Shown piece after piece: positions 55,281 through 64,000 of a stretch of DNA of 64,000 nt. A program made the position numbers and the translations under genes. This stretch comes from Cycas panzhihuaensis (Eukaryota; Plantae; Cycadophyta), in contig CM041465.1 of assembly GCA_023213395.1 (NCBI GenBank), forward strand, positions 229,965,741-230,029,740. Reading direction: 5' to 3'. The notes beneath the pieces are model-generated. The model was not told the DNA's origin. It made no database searches and saw nothing but the letters and a program-made list of their open reading frames with translations. The number at the start of each line of letters is the position of its first letter. Within the stretch, counting starts at the first letter, position 1.

Positions 55281-57276
55281 TGGGTTTGTTATTAGCTTAA
55301 CTATGATGAAGCATAGCCTTAAGCTTATTGTATTCCTCCTAATCATGAGTATCTCTCTAGTGATCAGAGCTCCAAGGTGCTTTCTTATGAGGAGTGTTTA
55401 GGGTTTGGCCCATTTTTTATTCAGTAAATTGGATGACCCTTACTTCCTTCTTAACTTCATATGTAAGAGTAGAGTCAATATACAATTTGGTATTGATTAA
55501 CCTCTTAAGGGCCTAGATGGTAAAAGTAAGATGATCATATGTATGATCACTCTAAGGTACTTTGGATTTCATTGAATGGCTAGGTTTGTCTTTAGAGGTA
55601 AGAAGTTTAGTTAGCTTCTTAGCCCCCAACTAGATTTTAAATGACTCGAAAGCAAGGCATTTCTCAATTTCATCCTTATATGATGTGGGTATTAACTTAA
55701 TAATTTCCAAGTGGACTTAGCGTCTGAAGGCACTAATCAATAATTCATAATGTAAATCATCATCTAAGGGGGTCTAAGATGCATGGACTAGGTCTTAGAA
55801 ATGATAAACGAAGTTGTAGGAAGACTGCTCCACTCCTTACTTGATGGACAATAAGGCTTTAATCCCATTATCAAAAGGATAAGTAACATTAAAGTAACTA
55901 ATAAAAGTATCAATTAGTTGTTGGAAAAAATAGATAGATATAGGCTTTAATCAATAGAACCACTTCAAGGCATTGCCTTAAAGAGTCTTGGGAAAGAGTC
56001 ACATCATCACGTAATTATAGGATAGATAGTCAATATATATGAAAGTAAAGGCTTGGACATGGGTTGTTGCATCCTACGTTGATTCATCTATGAACTTAGG
56101 TAGTTTGGGAACAAAGGGAGGAAGCATGGAAAGAAAGATCTCTTATGGAAAGAGACTTTCATAGTCTACATATAACTTCTTAGCCCATAGTAATAAGGAT
56201 GATTGAGGTATTTTTTAGGCGTGATCCTGATATCTCATTACCTCAACATGAGTGGGATACATAGCATAGGAAGGACATAGATGAGATTCTACGAGTCTAG
56301 AGTAAGGTGTGGTGGGAATGTGGGAAGTAAATATCCACTATAGGATGAAATTCCCTAATTAATGAGATGTGTGGGAAGCATATGACCCATAGTTAGAAGG
56401 TTGGTCTAAGTAACCTTAATACTTTACTGTAGGTGTTGGGCCATAAGAGGTAGTTGGGCCTTACTAACATTGCAAAACATGAAACTATAGAACTTATTAT
56501 CCTATGTCCGACATGTAAGAAGGTTGCATGGGATAGGTGTGTGAGGATGGTTGAGGGCCAAAAAGTCAAGCAAGAGGTTCATGTATATAAGTGAGTTGAG
56601 TAAAATGGTTATGTTGTGAGGGGTGACCACCTCTAATAAATAAATTATTACCTCCAGGTGATACAAGCATATGGTCTCCTTACTCATGGGTAGTGATGTA
56701 TAAGTGGGCTTGAGTCAAGGTAATAAGGCCTACAACTTGCTTAAAGGGATATGTTATTGCAGAAGGGGGGTGTGCTACAAATGCTTCATGCCCCTTATCA
56801 TGAAGGATGGGTCTCTTATGATCTATGTAATTGGTGTGTAAAGGCATGGGAACTCCTTCAAAAGGTACATTTTGAAATGGCTGAAGTGTTTCTCTCATAG
56901 GGACTTCATACAATAGTGGTTCTTCTTCATACTTAAAGGTTTTGTTAATGTTAGGAGTCTTGATAGGAGTATCAAGATTAGTGATTAAGGTTTCATACCC
57001 CTTATAAAGCATAAGAGTAGTGGCATGAAAATAAGAGGATAGACCTTAAGGAGAAAGTCCTAAAATCACCTAAGGTAGGTATAAAAGGGATCCATAAAGA
57101 ATGTAAATGAAAATATGGAGGATGTATAAATGGAATACAAGGGATAAAGGAATTAGGTTTATGAAGGAGGCTCATTCAAGATAAATGATGAAATATGACA
57201 AAGTGGGTAGATGGGTATCTAATGAGTGAATTAATCAATAAGAGAAGTTAATGAGCAACTACAAAGTTTTAGTAAC
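55281..57276 (-). pseudogene. 5' part (gag) of the Tat/Ogre-like element
   Basis: PFVPKLPKF, LFPKTL*GNALKWFY and SSFVYHF gag motifs (~55800-56120); joined to 48377 by TSD AGAAG. Confidence 0.8.
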
Positions 57277-57294
57277 TCCCCATTATAGTCACTA
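57277..57294 (-). promoter_or_regulatory. Decayed tRNA-Arg-type PBS
   Basis: Minus strand TAGTGACTATAATGGGGA versus Ogre/Tat-type TGGCGACTCCACTGGGGA; putative 5' LTR starts at 57298 (far end not resolved). Confidence 0.6.
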
Positions 57295-59028
57295 AAATGG
57301 TTCCAAGACTCAAGATAAATCACTTATGAAAGATTGTATGTAATTGAATACAAAGGTGATATGTTTCAAGAGGGAACCTTATCCCTCTTAAGGAAAAGGG
57401 ATGACTCTCCAAATGTATGTTGAGCAAGTAAGAAAAGGAAATCAAAATTATTATTTGTCTATTCTACCATGTACAAAATAAACTTAAATACATAAACAAC
57501 AAACCTAGATCAAGAGATGAATACAATCAATCCAAATTAAGTAATCCACATAAATAAGAGCCCCTTTAGCTTAAGGAAGAGATTAAATAACCTCCCAAAG
57601 TGTGAGAGGATTAATAGAGGACATTGCCCTAAAATAACTGACCTAGGTTTTCTTGTCTATCTACCCCTCATTGTCTTTCTAAAGGTAATGCCCTTACTTA
57701 TACCACTATGCCAGTCAAAAGGTAAAGAATATATATTAATCTAGTTAAAGCATGAGAGGAATGATAAGCACAAGGACCTAGGAGATGTCAAACCTTAGAT
57801 TAATGACTCTATTGAGGATTAGTTTCTAGGGACTCTCTCACCTAGTAATGATCTACTAATAAGGATAGATGGCCAAGGGATGCTTGTATCTAATTCAAGT
57901 GGGTTCTTACAAAACATCTAATTTTAATGGGTCCTTGTATTTAGAGGTGAATACAAAAGAAGAGAAATGACCACTCTCGACCCTAAGTATGATGGGAAGC
58001 TAATAGCTTTGGTATTTAAAGCACAGTCATATAAATAATCCTAAAGAAAAGGAAGTTTATATATAGAGGATATTAAGTCTTAGTTGATTAAAAATCCCTT
58101 AACAATGGGAGGAATTTATCTATAAGAGAGGACAAGCTTGTATATTAGGGATGTCAAGTCCCAGCTAATCAAATGAGTCCTAAATGAAGGGATAAGAGCT
58201 AATTTAGGGGTGCCACACAAGGAGCAAACCAAAACCAAATCTTAAGTGTAGATCTAGAATGTACTTTTATTTTTAGTACAAATAACAAATAGTAATTAAT
58301 CTAGTTAAGTACTAAAAATAATTAACTTAATTTGATATGACTCTACCTAATGCAACTTATATATTTATTCTCTTTTATTTTGTTAATTTAAAATAAGATC
58401 TAATTATGCTCAACACACCTCTAAAAGGAAAATAAAGGCTTCTTTTAATGCTCTTACATTTATCATGGTTATTTTTTTCTTCTTTTAATAAAAAGGAGAT
58501 AACCTTTTAAAGTAATTATCAAATCAAGAAATCTAAATAACCCAAAAATACCAAAGAGATGCTTCCTTTATTCTTTCCCTTTTTCTTTTTGTATATTTTT
58601 TAATTAAAAGAAGAGCAAGGGGGGTTGGGGGGGGGGGGATAATAGGTAAGTAAAGGCTTACTTTGTAATCCTTTATTTTTAGGAGTCCTCAAATGATGGC
58701 TTCACCAACTAGATAATGATCAATGTTAATAGGATAGATGTACTCACTATTGTACACGTTAGAACCAATATAATGGAAGGACTAAAGTAGAAATAATTTG
58801 AAATAAGTCTCTCTCTCATAATCTCGATAGTATTTCTGTTGCACTTGGAGGATTATAGAAGAATAAGGAGAGGGGTAAAAGAGATTAAAACCCTATGGAG
58901 GAAGGGTTTAAGCTTCTTATCTTGTACTCTCAAGATAAGCCATTCACCTCCTAAGAGATCTCCTTAGTAGTAAGGCTAGATGTATGGATTTCTTCTAGGT
59001 TATGAGTAGGAACTTGAAAGCTTGAGAT

Positions 59029-59182
59029 TTCCCCACTCTTAAGTAGAAGCTAAGAAGATAAACTAACTCTCTTCAAGTAAAGATATCATAAGAGAATTAT
59101 TTAAATCTTAAGAGTTCCCCACTCTTAAGTAGAAGCTAAGAAGATAAACTAACTCTCTTCAAGTAAAGATATCATAAGAGAA
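59029..59182. repeat. Perfect 68-bp direct repeat with an 18-bp spacer
   Basis: 59029-59096 equals 59115-59182. Confidence 0.95.
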
Positions 59183-60807
59183 GTCTAGTCTATGTTGTAA
59201 AACTAACTTAAACTAGAAGCTAACTACTAGCTTAATAAGAAAGTAACAAAAACTAGAAATGGAACATATCAACTTACCCACAAGAAAATATCCACTTAAG
59301 GAGAGTATTAGAATGTGCCTCAAATCAATGCATTGGCTCTCTAAACTCTTCAATCCAAAGCTCCCAACAGGTCATAAGAGGTAAAGGAACAAGTCTTGAG
59401 AGAAGAGATAGAGTAAGAATGAAGGGCAATATATAAAGAAGAAGGAGAGATTTGAAGAAGATATATCCAAAAGAAGAAAGAGTATGAAGTTGAGTGTGAG
59501 TAGCCCCAAGTCTTCAATTCCTTTAGTTAATAGCTAGAGATTAGATATTAAACAAGCTTCTCTAAGGTGTAAGTAAAGGTCACAAGGGTTGAGTCCAAAA
59601 TCCAACATTACTTCATTTCTTAAAATGTTCTTCCCACCTTTGTGAAGAAAATAAATGGATTTTTATAAGGAAAAAGGGAGGGAGAGAGGGCATAAAACCA
59701 TGGAAAGATAAGGGCATAGTTTCCAAGAAACCAATGTCTAGACGATGGAAAAAAATGGCTTGTTATTATATATTTCTTTTGTGTGGGAATACGAAAAATG
59801 TAACTTACAATGAAAAATATAAGTTGTAACAAAAAAATATGAGCTAAAAAGTACAAAAAATGTGAGATACATACAAGTCACATTTTACAGTATAAATAAA
59901 TCACATTATAAGAAGTAGATCATATTTTTTGGTAGGCCCAAAAAATATGACCTATAATAAAAAATATGACCTATAAGAAGAGACCAAAAACATGAGATGT
60001 TGATAGGAAAATCAAGGAAAATAGGACAATGTCTACTAAAAAATCAAAATATGAAGCCAACAAAGGAGTATACAAAAAAATGAGTAAAAAAGTAAAACTT
60101 ATTAAGTGAAAGTAAATGTCAAAAAAGTATATCATGAAGGCAAGGCTACATTTTGGGTGAAGTTGGAATAAGCCACTTTTATTAAGTACTTTTATGATCT
60201 TTGCATCATAGGTAATATTGATCAAGCATAATCGTGATCAATATGAAATCATTCAACTATTATACCAAGTAGTCTATTAAATTACCATGTAAGCATGCAA
60301 TTAAGCCTCAACAATAAATAGAATAAGGCACAAGACTTGGTCAATGTCAATAGAAGGTGTAGTTAGTTGAAATAATAACTTATAGATCATTAAAGTTTTG
60401 GTACTTTCTATTTATATTAAATACCCCCTATATTAGATTAATACAACAAGCATTGGTTGTAATAGAGATGAGTATAATGTAGCCTAATCTAGGTCTATAT
60501 CTAGATATACTTAAAATAACAATTGAAGGGGTCACACTACCAAAGAAACCCATCTCGTCTAGGAAAGGAAAAAAGAAAAAGAAGTGATCCACAACTTATG
60601 GGTGATAACTTGTCTTAAGATTTGTCACTTTTAAAATATAATCATAATGATTAGGGATGGATTAGTGGATGGGGTATTTTATTTTAGTGATGTTGCTCTA
60701 TTTTTGCCTTATGATATATAGATATTTGCAATATGATCCTTATGTTTTCTATCTAAGGAGTATAGTTTTTAGACATGGGGTTGGTGAAGCACTTAGATGC
60801 CCCTTTT

Positions 60808-60813
<6 letters not shown>

Positions 60814-60902
<89 letters not shown>

Positions 60903-60911
60903 TATATATAT
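60814..60911. repeat. (TA)n microsatellite
   Basis: Directly visible. Confidence 0.98.
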
Positions 60912-60987
60912 TTCTAATTAATAGAATCATCTAGTCTCTTTTATTCTTTCTCTTTCTCTCAAAATAAGATGATTCTATTAATTGGAA
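60912..60987. repeat. 21-bp inverted repeat with a 34-nt loop
   Basis: TTCTAATTAATAGAATCATCT / AGATGATTCTATTAATTGGAA (one T-G pair). Confidence 0.9.
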
Positions 60988-61209
60988 CTATTATATATTA
61001 TTATAACAAAATTATAGGTGAAAAATATTATTTCCCTTCATCCCCATAAGTGATATAATATATTATCCTAAGAGTATATAAGGTTGAACAAGAAGCTATA
61101 AAAGACATATCAATATATTCCCTTGGGCTATAATATAAAACAAAAAAGATCATCTACCTAAATGGGCTAATGCATATCTAGTGAAATATGTTGGAGCACT
61201 GATACCAAA

Positions 61210-61655
61210 TGTAGGATTTTAAGGATTGAATTGGAACTTTGAAGCAACAAGAATTCATAATATGCAACCCTTCCTAATGTCAGTTTGAATTCATAAGAAA
61301 GATAACAAAATATCAAGTAGAATTGGTCTATCTTGATCTTGAAATTTTATTCATTCAAAATGACCTTCTAATTATCTCTCCATTATTTACAATACATATG
61401 ATACACCTTAATACATAAATTAGTTTAGTAACGATCAATAATAGAATCCATAAGAGTGACACTTGTCACATCCCTATTTAGGACCTTGATAACTCCCATG
61501 ACACATGTTATAATTTCATTTAGAACTTTAGTAACTCCTATGACTCATGATATCATCCTTGATGACTCACATATGGGTTTATGCTCACATGAATTTATTT
61601 ACATATGAATTCATCTATATACAAATTTATCCATATATGAGCATTAATTCCAATA
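61210..61655 (-). repeat. Ty1/copia LTR flanked by a PPT (61656-61665) and a Met PBS (61196-61207)
   Basis: Minus strand: GAAGGGGGAG|TATTGG...CCTACA|TT|TGGTATCAGTGC. Confidence 0.8.
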
Positions 61656-63460
61656 CTCCCCCTTCATATGATCAACTAAATTTATTAGAATAGCCTACTA
61701 GCAATGTATCAAGCCTCATTTTTCATTTCCATTTTCCCTTTATATTAGGCAACTAAGCTTACTCAATGGTCTTTATATACCATTTAGGAAACTTGATGGA
61801 TGGAATTGCCTCAGGTTTTGATTGTGTCTCTTATGTGTTTTAAAAAAATTCCTCTTTAATTTCTTTCTCCTTTGGCTTAGTCTTTAGCTTGGCAACCTAA
61901 TCACTCAAAGAATTTAATTTAGCATGTTCCTTAATTTGCTTCCCTTTGTCTTATCAAATCTTCTAGATGTTTAGATCTTAACACTGATCTATCTCCTACT
62001 TATCAACTTCCTTAAAGATGACATCTGTAAATTGTTTGTCATCTTCTTCAAAGATAACCTCTTAAGTTGTATGAACTTTTCTAGTTGTCAACACGTATAT
62101 CTAGTATGCTTTATTCTCTCCATTGTACCTAATAAGAATGCCTTTCAAGCTTCTATTAACTACTTTTTAATGTTAATCTTTAGAATTTTGCATATGTGTT
62201 CTGCTTTTAAAGACTCTGAGATGACTAACTACAAGATTCTAATTTGACCATGCTTCTTTAGGTGTTTTGTCTTGTATAACTTTAGTTATACTCCTATTGG
62301 ATAGGTAAGCTATTGTATTGACTATTTTTACTTAAAAGACTTTTGAAGGATTCTTGGCCTTCATCAACATCTTAACCTTTTTTATCAACATCTTGTTTGT
62401 TCTCTTTGCTAACATGTCTAGATAAGAACAATATGAAGATGTCAATTATATGATGCCTTAGTTCTTATAAAACTAGACAAGGATTTTGGAGGTAAATTAT
62501 CCCCTACTATCTCACCTTAGTACTTTGATTTTCTGTCCACTTTCATTTTAAACTCCTTAAAAATCTCAAACACTTGAGACTTCTCCTTTAATGGATAAAT
62601 CAAAATTTTCCTATAATAGTCATTAATGAAGGTTAGGAGATAGTTTGCATCTCCAAGCAAAGTGTTCAATATAGGACCATATATGTTTGAGTGTATCAGA
62701 CTCAACTTTTTAGTTACCTTGTTCTTTGAAAATTTTTCCTTTTGCTGCTTTTCATTGATACAAAAATCATAAGTGCATTTCAATGCTTTTAGTTTTGGAA
62801 GCCCATGTACCATCCTTAGTATATTCATCAATCAAAGGCTAGTGTAATCTAAATAACCCATTCTTCTATGCCATAATTAATATTTATAAGAAACATTAGC
62901 AGATAAGGCTTTTTGGTTTATAGATTTACCTAAAAGTTGATATAAAGTACCATCTTTTATACCCTTCACAATAATTTTACCTTTCTCATTTTGAATAATG
63001 GCTTAACCATCTTTAAAGAGCACACTCAACTTATTGTCTTTAATCTGACTAATTAAAATTAAATTTACTTTTAGCCCTAGTACATACAATACATTTTTAA
63101 AGTAATGATTTTCTCCATAAAGAGTAATAAATGGGACCATCCCTATCCATTCTATCTTAAGTATCACATTATTTTCTAATGTAACAGGATGGCTAGCTAT
63201 TTCCCATATATGCCTAAACCATTCAAGCCTACTAATTAGATGTTTAGAGGTACCTAAATCTATGTACCATGCATCTCTAGAATTATTCTAAGTAGCTGCT
63301 AAGAAGAGCTTGTTGCTAATTTGAGATGAATTAGATGCCTCAAACATACCATTTCCTTAATCTTTATTTCTCTTTAGATTAATCTATAATAATTTATAGT
63401 ATCTTTTGATATGTTCTAGTTTCTTACAATAATAGCAAGTTCTCTGAGGCATTTTAGTTG
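61656..63460 (-). mobile_element. Decayed Ty1/copia element (gag knuckle, PR, INT; no RT/RNase H before the PPT)
   Basis: TCYYCKKLEHIK (~63410-63442); AWYIDLGTSKHL (~63240-63275); WHRRMGY; integrase ORF 62517..62831; KTPKEAW..VSHLRVF; PPT ~370 bp after the integrase end. Confidence 0.88.
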
Positions 63461-63857
63461 GGTGGGAAAACAAACTTCTTCCACTTATTTTTAATACAAA
63501 GCATAGCAAAAACACTCAAAACATAGTGGGCATTTAAATAGCCCTTAGATAACACATACTTATTTTATTAATCAATAGTGATAAAAGATCCCCTAGCCAC
63601 TACACAAAGTGCTAGTAAATTATTTTAAAAATATTAGAAACCACACAAGGAGTTAGAATCAACTCATACGATCATAACCATTATAAAGATCACTAAAACT
63701 TATAATAGAGAAGTGCTTTTAATTTAGCCAAACAACCCTCCTATAACTTAGAAAATGACTACAAATAGGTCATACTTTGAAATATCTTTATAATCTAATT
63801 GTATTTAAAACTACAATTGCATCTTAGTGGCACTTGTTGGTCATGATCTTAATTTGT

Positions 63858-64000
63858 AATCATGACCCAATTACACCCTTGCTTATAATCATGACTTGGT
63901 TCTACTTTCAATTATGATCATGACTTGATCATACTTCCTATTGCAATCATGACCTGGTCACACTTCTAACTATGATCACAGCCTAGTTATACTTTAACTA
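63858..64000. repeat. Degenerate 29-bp tandem repeat running off the window end
   Basis: Units starting (A/G)ATCA(TGA)C at 63858, 63887, 63916, 63945 and 63974. Confidence 0.88.

Noticed and set aside
58619-58638. G-run as a functional G-quadruplex or PPT
   Set aside because: Simple homopolymer with no adjacent LTR start or other support.
57298-60800. 5' LTR of the Tat-like element matching 43100-43779
   Set aside because: I could not align the two regions by eye, so no full-length element or TSD is claimed.
63858-64000. 29-bp repeats as a CRISPR array
   Set aside because: Contiguous degenerate units with no spacers.

Overview
AT-rich, CpG-depleted eukaryotic DNA that is almost entirely nested, decayed retroelements. 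The element families point to a land plant, probably a non-angiosperm vascular plant (inference). I found no intact host gene, RNA gene or CRISPR array. Five LTR elements can be delimited by eye. Four have perfect 5-bp target-site duplications: 661-6294 (+, TCTAG), 27792-33555 (-, TGATC), 34536-37171 (-, ATATA) and 48383-55275 (+, AGAAG). The fifth, 8662-19395 (-), has a degenerate TSD. They sit inside older Ty3/gypsy elements (chromovirus, CRM-like, Tat/Ogre-like). There is also an L1 LINE fragment and an RT-less Ty1/copia element. All long YI-repeat ORFs are microsatellite artefacts. Most notable: both LTRs of the 8662-19395 element carry kilobase-scale compound (TA)n arrays at the same position. 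Each array holds a copy of one non-LTR sequence, in opposite orientations and sharing a 3' end, and the longer copy reads like a decayed Penelope-like reverse transcriptase. This suggests a (TA)n-targeting, possibly microsatellite-building retroelement. Also notable: a ~600-bp CpG-retaining island of unknown identity (22770-23360), LTRs that contain their own vestigial PBS, and a copia LTR flanked by both a PPT and a PBS. All identities and counts are by eye; no database search was run.
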